Of a stretch of DNA of 64,000 bases, positions 1 to 10,584 are shown one piece after another. The notes beneath the pieces were generated by a model. It was not told the origin of the DNA. It ran no database searches and saw only the letters and a list, made by a program, of their open reading frames with translations. The translations under genes were made by a program, and so were the position numbers. This DNA is from Guillardia theta CCMP2712 (lineage: Eukaryota; Protista; Cryptophyta). Position 1 is the first letter of the stretch, and each line of letters starts with the position of its first letter. The DNA lies in assembly GCF_000315625.1 (NCBI RefSeq), contig NW_005434664.1:855662-919661 (forward strand), in the 5' to 3' direction.

Positions 1-370
1 TCTCCTCTCCTCTCCTCTCCTCAGCTCTTCCCCGCTTCCCCTCTCCCCCCCCTGAGCCTCCCGGCCATTCATCTCTCCCGCCGTCTCCCCTTCCTGCGTC
101 TCAAGGCTGTCCAGGTACACAACCCTAACGAGCATGCTCACCAAGTCAGCTTCCCGCGACAACACAGCGACGGTCATTGGCCTCGGCCACGCGTCTCGTG
201 CCGCATGCGGCATCATCGCACCGACTATCGGCGGCTTCATCATGCAGCAGGCGGGGGCCCGGGGAGTGGGGCTGAGCTGCCTTGGGAGCATGGGGTTGGC
301 CCTTTCCTACTGGCAGCTCTCCTCTAAGCACCTCACCTGGGGCGCCAAGAAGGGAGAAAAGGAGCTGTAA
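1..370 (+). CDS. Major facilitator superfamily transporter, 3' end (partial)
   Basis: ORF 134-370 LTSMLTKSASRDNTATVIGLGHASRAACGIIAPTIGGFIM resembles MFS C-terminal helices; ends TAA at 370; 5' exons lie outside the window. Confidence 0.6.
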
Positions 371-786
371 GAGGATGCAATACCCCCCCCCCTTCCTGCT
401 CCTGCTCCTGCTCCTGCTCCTCCTGCTCCTCCTGCCTCCTCCTGCACCTGCTCCACCCGCCGCTAACTCGTCGCAGGTGACTCGCAAGTCCAGGCCAAGA
501 CCACGAGGCGCACCCACATGTCTCCCCAGCTGACGACTGAAAGTTGTCGATGGTCCTGGCCTGGACCAGGTTGAAGCAAGCGCGCGATGGCAGGGAGGAG
601 GAGGAGGAGGAGGAGGAGCGACTGCTGCAAGGCAGGCTACTTGACCTATTGCGCGAAGGCAAGAGATGTTCACATGAATTCCTTTAAGATCGCTATAAAT
701 AAGACTAACACCCTCATCCCCCCCGTCCCCCTCCCTCCCCCTCCTTACCCCGCTAACTCCCCCAGTTGTCAAAGACTCGACCCGTT

Positions 787-3188
787 CTACCACAGTTGAC
801 ACCGTCGGATCGGAGCCATAGGAGACCCAGCAGGGCACTGGAAGGCCTCTGTGAAAGCGTCAGCTACTTGCTCTGACACCGACTGTCGCTCACCTGCGAA
901 GGGCGCGAACTGACTGAGGGCTCCGAGAACTCTGAACTTGGCGGGGGCGTGAGTGTCGGTGAGCACGGAGTTAACTGCGGACTTCTTGCGGACGACGGAG
1001 CACCAGGTCTGCCGACAAGCTCAGGAGAGGAAGACAGGCAGGAAATTGGGAAAGTCAGTCACAGTACCTGTGCGAAGGCCGTGAAGAACATGCGCTTCTC
1101 ATACGAGCGCCTCTCCTTGGACGTGATGAAAGCTTCGTAAGCGAACTTGAGGCCGCCGGCGTCTGCTATGTCCTCTCCCAGCGTCAGCTTGCCATTGACA
1201 TGTCTGTTAGCGACGGCATAGCCGTCGAAGAGATTCGCGATACAGCTGCTGCGCTCTGCAAAGTTGTGAACAGTTTCCTGGTCCCACCAATCGTGGAGCT
1301 CGCCGCGAGCATCAAACTGCCTCCCGTTGTCATCGAACCCGTGACTCATCTCGTGCCCCAGCACGCAGCCGATGCTGCCGAAGTTCCGGGCTTCCGGGTA
1401 CGTGGCATCGAAGAAAGGAGGCTGCAGTATGCCAGCTGGGATCCACAGGCCGTTGTTGTTGGGGCCGTAGAACGCGTTCACGTCGAGCGAAGAGCTTCCT
1501 CCCCACTCTCTTCTGTCCGGCTTTTCAAGAATCCTTCCGAGGTCACGCTGGATCGAGAATCTGCTGACGGTCATGTAGTTGACAAAGAAGTCTGGGCCCA
1601 TGTGCCCGTCCATGTCGAAGGTTTCCACCGGCCAGTGCGTCTTCCCCTCCTTGTCAGTGGGCCAGGCAACCTGGAAGAACATCTTCCTCAGCTTCTCCTG
1701 CGCAGCCTTGCGGTCCTCAGCCGACATCCAGTCCTCGTGCTCAAGGTTCTGCATGAATCTGCCGCGAATCTTCTCGAGCATTTCAAGTGCCGCCTCCCTG
1801 TTCTCTTGGTGGAAGGCCTTGTCGGTGTACAGCTTCGCAGCAGGCCAGGGGGTGTTGGAGGTGGTGCTGTAGTAGCACTTGCGAGGACGAGGACTCTTCT
1901 GCGAGACGCCATAGAGATCGTCGTTCATCTTCACCATGAGGTCAATGAAATCCGAGGACAGGTACACTGCTGAGTTCCTGATCATCTTCCACCGCATCTC
2001 AGCCTTCAAGGCTTCCAGTGGGACCTCCTTGAGGATCTTCTCCAGCACGGGGAAATAATCCTTGCTTCGAATGATGAGCGTTATGCCCCCATGCTCGCCA
2101 ACCTTCATCAAGTCCGTATGATCCGCACTACAGGCCTTCATAGCGCCATCCGGTGGGGCGGTGCACGACGCCATGAGCTTCAACCAGGTTCTCCACGGCC
2201 ATGAGGGGGTCAACTCTTCGAACGTCTCCCACGTGGTCGGCGTCCCGTGATCTTTCCTTGCCACGTCACGGTCAGTCGAGCCCTGAGCCATGCGGGTCTC
2301 GAGGTCGAGGATCATCTTGGCTTCGGCTTCGGCTTCTTCCCTCCCGATCATCCTGAAGAACTCCGTGACGAGGCTCACCAGAGAATCCCTGTGCTGCTTC
2401 ATGACGTCAGAGTCTTCGAGGTAGTAGGACTTATCGGGCAATGATAGGGACCCCTCGCTCAGCTGGAATGCCTTTTGGGACGAGTCACGGGGATCCGTGT
2501 CGATGAACCAGCCGAAGAAGTTGTCCATGTTGTGCTTGTTGAACTCTGATGCAACACGAACCAGAGATTGCATGTCGTGGACTTCATCGATCAATCGAAA
2601 CCATGGCTCCATGGGCCTTGCGCCTTGTTTCTCCACTCTGTCTTCATCCATGCATGATCGGAAGAACTGCCCCGCGGTCCCGTCGTCAGCTCTAAGGAGA
2701 TCAACCTCCGCGTGCCGGATCGACTTCTCTGCATGGTCCCAGGAAAACGCAAGCCTCGACTGGTACTTGGGGATATTCCCGCGATTCTCCTTTACCCAGT
2801 TGCCGCAGGCGAACTCGAAAAAATCTTGGCAAGGGTTCACGCTGAAATCAATGTTGTTGCGCATGTCCTCGGGAAAGTTGACAGTTTCCAGCCGCGATGC
2901 CACAATGCTGGAGCTCTCGGCCAGCTTGTCTTCGCCGCTGTTCTGCTCCACAAACCAAACGTCCTCCAGCCCTCGAACGAACTTTCTGCCCTGGTCACCA
3001 GAAGCCATGGCGTTGAGGAACTGGTTGTTGAGGTCTTCATCCGCATTCTCCACCAAGATCATCTCATCCCTTCTTTGGCTCATTACCATGACGAGCACAA
3101 GTCCGAGCGCGCAAGTCGCGCATGTTCCCCCCGCCGCGTACCAGACTTGTCTGGCCCGCATGGCGACTCTTCGCTCAGTGACCCTCAT
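787..3188 (-). CDS. Peptidase M13 (neprilysin/endothelin-converting enzyme family), type II membrane zinc metalloprotease
   Basis: N-terminal TM anchor; NPCQDFFEFACG, VNAFY, HEMSH (HExxH) and GEDIADAGG motifs. Two further 3' exons after GT-AG introns give TWCSVVRKKSAV...HAPAKFRVLG...AFQCPAGSPMAPIRRCQLW*, the classic M13 C-terminus, with TAG at 787-789. Confidence 0.95.
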
Positions 3189-3239
3189 CCCCCCAATCCC
3201 ACTTGACTTTCTGCTTGGCCAGATGCTTGGCAGGCTTTC

Positions 3240-3830
3240 AGAGTCCGGCGAACCGGCGTCTATTCCCGGACTCCGAGGCTCGGGAGTCCGACGCCGGCCG
3301 GGCTGCCGACGCTGGCCGGCCGGGCTGACTCAGTGAGCCTCCCGGGACGCGGCGGCGGGGCGGCGGGCCCCGCGCCGCGCCGCGCCGCCGCGCTGACAGG
3401 CTGAGGGGCCTCTCTACTCGACTCACTGAGTCAGCCTCGGACGGTGACCAGCTGGGCCTGATGCATCCCGGCGGCCGCCGCCGCTGAGTTGAAGGCTGTC
3501 ACAGGCTCACCGGCCGAGCGAGAGCCTGTCGGAGGCTGCCAAAAAAACTCTAAGTCACGGTGACTTGTGACAAGTTGTGACCGTTCCGAAGTTCAACGGT
3601 TCAACTAAGTTCCGGGGCCCCGGGCTCAGCGGCCGCTCAGCTGCCAGTGCCACCCGGCGGGCCAAACTATTCCGAGCCGCGAACTTGGAAGTTGACCGGG
3701 CTTGGAGGAAAAGAGACTAAACTGAACTTCGGAACGGGCCCCACGGTGACGCCGGACGGTACAACTCGTGGGCCGCTGCCAGGCCCGGCTCACCGCGGCA
3801 GGCCGCGCCCGGAGCTTCAGGGGACGCAGA
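3240..3830. promoter_or_regulatory. GC/CpG-rich intergenic island, class I, copy 1
   Basis: Non-coding, CCGG/CGGC-dense; contains TGACTCA, CACGGTGAC, GTTGAACCGT (reverse strand) and AACTAAGTT motifs shared with four other islands; directly upstream of the M13 gene. Confidence 0.5.
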
Positions 3831-3863
3831 GAACAAAAAGAATAGCCATGTGCTTTCATAGCG

Positions 3864-3945
3864 TGACATCGGTGCGGTTCGAACGCACGCCTCCGAAGAG
3901 AGCAGCGCCTAAAGCTGCCGCCTTAGACCACTCGGCCACGATGCC
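3864..3945 (-). tRNA. tRNA-Leu (anticodon UAG)
   Basis: Reverse complement folds as a cloverleaf: GGCATCG/CGATGTC acceptor stem, TGGCCGAGTGGTCTAAGGC D-arm (A box), GCAGC-TTTAGGC-GCTGC anticodon arm, long variable arm, GTTCGAAC T-loop (B box). T5 Pol III terminator at 3835-3839. Confidence 0.97.
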
Positions 3946-5105
3946 AATGAACCATAACGCACGTGAGGGTGACTACAATATTTATACTGTAATTCCCATA
4001 TTCAGTTAAGAAGATCTTCATAAAAAAATATTGTTTATTCACTCAATAGTATTTAACTTTACAGTTTATTGTTGAAAGATTTGTTTTGTGGCAATATTCA
4101 TCGGCCATGGCTTTGCTTGCTGCAATGGCAGCCTCAGCACCGCACTAGTGTCGCTCCCCTCTACCCCGCCCCCCCTCCCTTCCCTACCTCATTTTTTACT
4201 CGTCTCTTCCTCACTGCTCTCTTTCCTTCCCTCTACGCATTTGTCATCCTCATCACAACACACTTTACCCATAGGAGGCGGGGTTGATTTTTTCGACCAA
4301 GGTCCCCTTGGTTCGTTAGTTCAGGACACCAAAGTCCAGTCTTGAATGAATGATGCACAAGTATTCTGACACATTCCGGTAAGTTCTAGAGAGAAAGCAT
4401 GTTTGATGGCCACAACGTGTTTTGGAGTGTCTTGCATTGAGCAGTGAAAGTATACAAAAACACATGAAAGTTTTGCATGAATTATGCTGTTTGCTGGAGA
4501 AAACAAAGGGAAGAGCCTCAAGAATCAAATAGCGATAGCTGATGCAAGAACAATTTGTGTTGCCATAAATTGTGACAACTACGATCCAAGCCAGCATAAT
4601 TTGGGCGATGGTCTGATGTGATGCTTTGGGGGGGGTTCTTCTTTCGTTTTCCTCGTTTCTCCATGCAACGAGTTGAACATTGTCTTCTGTGTGCTCCATA
4701 GATAGTGAAGAATATACATGTTTGCTTATGTTTGATTGTGCGAGCGTAGCCATATCTCGTCATCTACACCTTCAACAAGGTGGATTGTTTATGCTTGCCT
4801 TCAATTTTGCTGCGACCACTCATCCCAAGACGCAAGGAAAACGAACCTTGATAGAGCATCGTACATGACATAAGTTGAACAAAAAGAAGCAACGACCGTT
4901 CGTTTGAAGCACACTGACAGCTAAACAGTCCAGAAGATGGGGGCAACTTTGTATTCAAGGCCTTGTGTTTCAGTATTGGGATCATATCAATTACAGGCAC
5001 AGGCACGTTCAAATTACGTCTGAGAAATTGGTATCATATCTGATTTCATTATAAACTAGTCTACCGATAGATGACACTAAGTGTAACATACGCGAAGATC
5101 GCCTT

Positions 5106-6326
5106 TTAAGCCATCCCAGCAGCACCTGGTGGGACAGTGTTGTTGGCCACGTTAACAGCACTGGCCGTGTAGGCGTTGCCGCTAACATTACCGCCGGTGT
5201 AGATTGACTGTTCCTTGGGACCAGACTGCGCAGAAGCATTGCTGGTCCTTGTAGCAACCAAGTAGATGATGACAAGGATAGCAAGGCCCAAGACTCCACC
5301 CAGCACAGAGGAGATGATGACCAGGTTTCTTGCATCCCACCAGTCAACCTTGGAGTCACACTCGAAGTCCGGCTCACCGGTTCCATGGGTGCTGCACATA
5401 GCGGTGGGGCCACCGGAGTGATAGACGACCCTTTCTCCGTGAGGCTGCAAGGGGCGGTAGCTTCCGAACTTTGAGATCTTCTCGGAGGGCTTTGAAGGAA
5501 CTGCAAGAGCCCAGAACTTGTCCATGGTGGCCTTGGAGACCGTGCGGGGAGTCTGGAGCACAACCCAAGTGACAATCTCATTGCAAGTTGGGGTTGTCAA
5601 GGAACCCGCGTAGGAATAGTAACTGTCAGCCGTGTTGATCATGTTGTTCAGATTGATTGGAACGTTCATCACAACACCTTCGGAGGTCGCGCGGCTAGCC
5701 TCGTTACCCATCTGTTGAAGAGCAGCTGGCTCGATGCCCTGGTCCATCTGGAAGAACTGGCCAATGACGAGGAGAGCGTGAGGCTTGCCACTCGAGACGG
5801 CGTCCGTCAGACTTGTGTACTTAGCGTTATAGTGCACGAAGTGGATCTCAAGGGGATACTGCACGCCCTGCATGAAGTGCTCACTTCCCTCGTTGGCAGC
5901 CCTGCCCCAGTGAAAGTGAGCTTGAGCAAGCTTCCACTCAGAGTCCACGTTGTCCGGCTCTCTGCCAACCAGGTACGACAACTTGCCAGTCTTGAGGACA
6001 GGAGCCTTGTCGATGACGTTGATCTGGATACCGGCACCCGTGGTCTGAATCTTGAACTTGTTCGCCATATTCCAGTAAGCGGGATCGAAGGTCAGCGTAG
6101 GAGGGGTGGTCGAGAACGCCTTGGCACCGCAGAGATCGATAGGAGACTGCTGCTTGCCAGAGCAGGAGCCAGCCCAATGGTAGGGACCCTCCTTCTCGTC
6201 GCATCTGTCCCAGTTGTAGCCAGATCCGCCAGCTCGTCTCGCCTCCAGGCCGGAAGCGGATCCAGGTGCAGAGGCAACTGCCTGTGCCAGTAGCAAAACC
6301 GGGAGAACAGCACGGATCATCTGCAT
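5106..6326 (-). CDS. Alpha-carbonic anhydrase with signal peptide and C-terminal transmembrane helix
   Basis: Intronless ORF; QQSPIDL, QAHFHWG, EGSEH, LEIHFVH (three Zn-binding His) and YYSYAGSLTTPTCNEIVTW. Signal peptide MIRAVLPVLLLAQAVA; TM LVIISSVLGGVLGLAILVIIYLVA. ATG at 6326 or 6320. Confidence 0.95.
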   Translation of the reverse strand: MQMIRAVLPVLLLAQAVASAPGSASGLEARRAGGSGYNWDRCDEKEGPYHWAGSCSGKQQSPIDLCGAKAFSTTPPTLTFDPAYWNMANKFKIQTTGAGIQINVIDKAPVLKTGKLSYLVGREPDNVDSEWKLAQAHFHWGRAANEGSEHFMQGVQYPLEIHFVHYNAKYTSLTDAVSSGKPHALLVIGQFFQMDQGIEPAALQQMGNEASRATSEGVVMNVPINLNNMINTADSYYSYAGSLTTPTCNEIVTWVVLQTPRTVSKATMDKFWALAVPSKPSEKISKFGSYRPLQPHGERVVYHSGGPTAMCSTHGTGEPDFECDSKVDWWDARNLVIISSVLGGVLGLAILVIIYLVATRTSNASAQSGPKEQSIYTGGNVSGNAYTASAVNVANNTVPPGAAGMA

Positions 6327-6639
6327 CAACGTGTTAGGATTTGTTGAGGTTGTCAAGAGGATTTGACAAGAATGAAAAGCCTGGGGACTCTGACTACAGG
6401 GGAGCGAGCTGAGTGGCTTTGTTATCTGCCTGCTGTAAGATTTTTGGATCTAGCAGCTCTCTCTGCATGAAGGGAGTCTTCGCATGATGTTGTTCGGGTC
6501 AAACTAATCTTGATTCACCTAGTGTGTTCCTCGGCATCAAGCAGGATCACGACAGTACCCTACAGTTTGATCTTTGGTTTTTTTTGTCTCTTCCTCCTCT
6601 TGTCTTCTGAATGAGCTCTCTACTGCTGTCACCTCCTCC

Positions 6640-7740
6640 CTCTTCCCCCCCCCTCCTCCCCCCTCGATGCTCCCCCATCTCGCTGTCTACTTCCGCTGCC
6701 CACTTGAACTGACCCACACTGTCACATCTCGCTTATATCAGATTCGCCCCCCCCTACCTAAGTTTTTTTTATGCCACCCACCCACCTACCAACCCACCAA
6801 CCCACCCACCCACCCACCCACCCACCCACCCACCCACGAGTTTCTCTTTTGTTGTGAAACACCCCTCCCATCTACCTTCTTCACCCCTCTCTTTTCAGCA
6901 AGGCAATGGGCCGATAAGGTACCCCTGCAGGCTTCAATGATGGCAATCACACTACCCCACCCCATGTGTTCATGCGTTGCATCCAACGGTCACCTCGAAG
7001 ATCAGTGATACCCTACGGCGCGGGTCAACTATCGGACTTTGGAGGGGTAGTGCGGAATACTTCGCCAGGTTGACTTCTTGGAGGGGTGGGTGGGAAGAAC
7101 AGGGGTACTGGCGCCGGGGGAGTTCCGATTCTACTACTGGCTATGGACCTGCCCCTTCAAGGCAGTGAAATCATGGGGATTGCGACCGGTGGTAGGGTAC
7201 TCGGCCAAGTTAACAAGTTGGGGACCCCCAGGATCGTACCCCACCCCACCTCATGTTCTGGAATCCGCTTTAGTGGGGTCCCGTAACCCTCGGGAGGCTT
7301 GAAGGGGGTGGGCACAGGAAAATGTCCGAACAACCTCTTTCAAAAATTCACCAAAAAGTCGGCCAGACGGCCACCCCCCAACCCCCCACATAATCACCAA
7401 CACCCCCCACCCCCTCCCGGGGCCGCCACTCCCCCCCCACTTGGCGGCTGAGGCATCACTCTTTACAGTTATCATATGGAAAATGTTTGCTCCCCCCACC
7501 CTCCTACCAGTACCCTACCGTACTGGCAACTCCCCTACCCCACCCCCGGGGCATCCGCCCTCCAACCCGTGAACTTGAGTCAATATATTGGCAGCAAGTA
7601 GTCACAACTAGGCTCAGTCGGAGTCAAACGGACCCCCTCCCACCCCCACCCCCCCCCGCCTCCACCCTCGTGCAAGAGAGTGACATGGAAAGGGAGGGTC
7701 ATCAGTACTGCCGGGCACCCCTCACATTCGATGGGATGAT
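6640..7740. repeat. ACCCC/GGGGT strand-skew domain, class II, copy 1, including a (CCCA)n tract
   Basis: C-run-rich 6640-6965, G-run-rich ~7020-7310, C-rich again 7370-7720; no credible ORF. Confidence 0.5.
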
Positions 7741-7748
7741 TCGTGAGT

Positions 7749-8410
7749 ATTTTTAACTTAACTTTGAGTAAACTGGAGTACCACAGTATGAGTAGCTGTG
7801 AACCGATCCGGGGGGGCCCTCCGAGGGCCTCTGAGGCAGGTGACCGACTCTGTGACGTTCACTGCCGAGGTCCGTGAAAGTAGCCAACTTGCTGTCTGCT
7901 TCGGATGCTGAAAACCGTCAAGTTGAACCGTCATCATGATGTAGGAACAGGCCCCCGGTGAGCCTGCCAGGCTGAGCGCGGCAATGAGCGGACGCGCTGA
8001 AAACACCGTCGCTTTATTGCCAGAGGTCAAAGGAGTCAAGTTCAAGTGATGGCCGGTCGAGTCACCCCGGGTAGGCATATAGGCTTTTTAGAGTATTTAC
8101 CGAAGTACACTCCGAGCCTCGGAGGCCCATAAACTTACTACCCACTGCCGCCTCTCGCCTCAGTGTGTCTTTACAGAACCGAACGGGCCCGGGGGCCGGG
8201 ACCCGCTGGCCGCACTGGCTTGAACTTGAACTAAGTTGTGCCACCGTGACTCGGACCGGGTCCGAAGCCTTGAAGCACTGCGGGTGTCCCGGGGCCGGGG
8301 CCAAGCGGACTCGCGCGAGTCATGCGGCAGTGCCCGCCGAGGGCTAGTTCAGTGTACGGTAGTCTAGACTCATTATTAAGAAGAAGTTCACCGGTAAAGT
8401 TCGAATCAAA
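7749..8410. promoter_or_regulatory. GC-rich intergenic island, class I, copy 2
   Basis: Same motif vocabulary (GTTGAACCGT 7922, GAACTAAGTTGTGCCACC 8228, CACCGTGACTC); begins with a 24-mer also found at 45430. Confidence 0.5.
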
Positions 8411-8541
8411 AGTCATCATATCGTTCAATCAGTCAAAAAAGAATAAAAGTCAAAATAGGAAGAGACGTTTCCGGCGAGCAAGATGATTGACAAGCAAACA
8501 ATCAGCAAGAAGTCCAAGTCAAGTGAAAAGCTAATCAAAAT

Positions 8542-10584
8542 TCACACGAACTCCTGAGTCGCCGCCTGTGCGTTCGCCATGCTGCCCCTCACCCGTCATT
8601 CTCTCTCCTTCTACCACTCCCCTCCTCCTCTCACCTGTCTCTCGCCCCCAGCGACCGCAGGATGTCCTCCACGTCAGGCTGTCCACCCATCCATCAGTTC
8701 ACACCGAAGCCTCGGGTCCCCTTTACCCCCCTCTTCCCCTTCCCTTACCCCCCCCTCCTCCCGTCCCTCCCCTTCCAGTACGATTCCTTTCTCCGATACC
8801 CCTTTCACCTCCCCTCTCTCATATCTCTCCTCCCCACCCCTCCCCTGTCTCACATGTCCGTTCGCCAGCCGTAGCGGCGTCTCCCCGTCTTGAGTCTCCG
8901 CGTCAATGTCCGCCCCCGCCTGCGCACACCCCGTCCCCATCAGCCTCCTGTCCTCCCTCTCCTCCCTCCCTCACCGCTACGAGGATCTCCACGATCTCCT
9001 TCCTCCCGCTTGATGCCGCACAGTGCCTGCCCCACGCCTCAACCCCTCCTCCCCCCTCCTCCCGGGCTACTCACAGCGCCTGCCAGCCCCTTTTGTTCCT
9101 CGCTTCCAGCCTAGCGCCCTCCTTGATCAGCCGCCGTACCTGCTCCCCCGACACGCCCGTCACCGTCTCCTCCCTCCGCCCCTCTCTCGCGTCCTCGTTC
9201 TCGCCCTCCCCCTTCTGATCCTCTACCGCCACACCTCGTCTGTCTTGCCCGCTGACGCTGCTGACCGCAAAGCCTGCCTGACCGTCAGCTCGTCGTCTTC
9301 TCTTCCTCCACCCTCCTCTACCTCGTCCTTGTCATCGTCTTCGTTCGGCATCCGCTGGTATCCGCTGTCCGTCGACCCTGGGATCGACGACCCGAGAAAC
9401 ATGATCCCCATGCACTGCCCAGTCGCTCTCTTGTCAGATCCTCCTCCTCCTCCTCCTCCTCCTCCGTGCAGCGCCTCCCTCGCCTCCCTCCTCTTCATAC
9501 CATCACGCAGAGCGTCATGAAAAACGTAATCGCAAGCAAGATGACGTTGATCTGCCGTCGCCTGGTTACTCTCGGCGATGTCCCGCCTCCTCCCCCTCTC
9601 TTCCTCCTGCTCCTCTTCCCTCCTCCCCCGCGTCTCCTCTCCTTCTTCCTCCTCTCGCCTTTCCTGCTCTCGTTTTGTTCCTCTCCGTCGCCTCGTCCTT
9701 CCGTTTCCTTACCTTGAACAGCAGCGCCAGATCCCAGAAGCTGCTCTCGAAGTACGTCCAGCAGTTGTTGCTGATCGACGCCCAAAGCCACATGCCCCAC
9801 ACCGAGATGCCCAGGTTCACCATCGCTAGCGCAAACTGCCTTCCTCATTAGCCTGCTCTCCTCCCCCTCCCCCTCGCGTCCCCCGTCCCGTTTCCTCCCT
9901 TCGCTCTGCCCATGCCGCCCATGCCGCATCCTCTACCTGCAGGATCGACGCTCCTTCTCTGTTGTTCCTCGTCAACGAGATGATGAACCCGATCAAAGGC
10001 ATGATCACCACCTGCACACCGTCAGAGCCAGTGCCCTCTCCTCTCCGTCTCTCCTCTTGCCCTCCTTCCATCTCTTCCTCTCCCTCTCGTCTCCCTCTAT
10101 TCCTCTGACCGCTGTGAGACAGAAAGCCCAGATGTTGTAGCTCGCCCCGCACGCGCTCGATGTAGACCTGCACCCCTTACAGTCAGCCCTCCCCCTCCCT
10201 CCTCACCCAACCCCTTCTCCCTCTCCTCCCTCTCCTGCTTCCCCTCCTCCTCCCCTCTTCCTCCCTCCCTCCTTCCGCTCGCTCGCTCTCTCCCTCCTCC
10301 TCCTCGCTCGTGTCACTCGCCCGAAGGTCACGAAGATGGTCACGAGCGCCCAGATGATGTACGCGATCAGCAAGCTCAAGCAGCAGCACACGCAGCACAG
10401 CATGAGGGTCGCAGGCCCTGCAGCAAGCGTCACGCCTCTCTTCTGCCTCCCTCCTCCCTCCCCTACCGATGATCGAGCCTTCGGACCCTTCGCCTCTCAG
10501 GCTCTGGAAGGGATCACCTGCCAGATGGTCCATCAGTCCCAGCTGAGCCAACGACGGAATGTCGCATGCGAGCGGCTGATCCAT
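8542..10584 (-). CDS. Multi-pass membrane protein with C-terminal ankyrin repeats, copy A (intact)
   Basis: Spliced exons give about 4 hydrophobic helices, then LRSAASAGKTDEVRRLIKEGARLEARNKRGWQALHCAASSGRKEIVEILVAAGADIDAETQDGETPLRLANGH...QEFV* (TGA 8542-8544); start codon uncertain. Confidence 0.75.

Noticed and set aside
1200-3336. Long antisense ORFs over the M13 gene (likewise over the NACHT gene, CDC20, CA and atpC)
   Set aside because: Shadow ORFs from high-GC3 codon usage on the coding strand
4316-5012. AT-rich short ORFs downstream of the carbonic anhydrase
   Set aside because: No recognisable domain or consistent splice model
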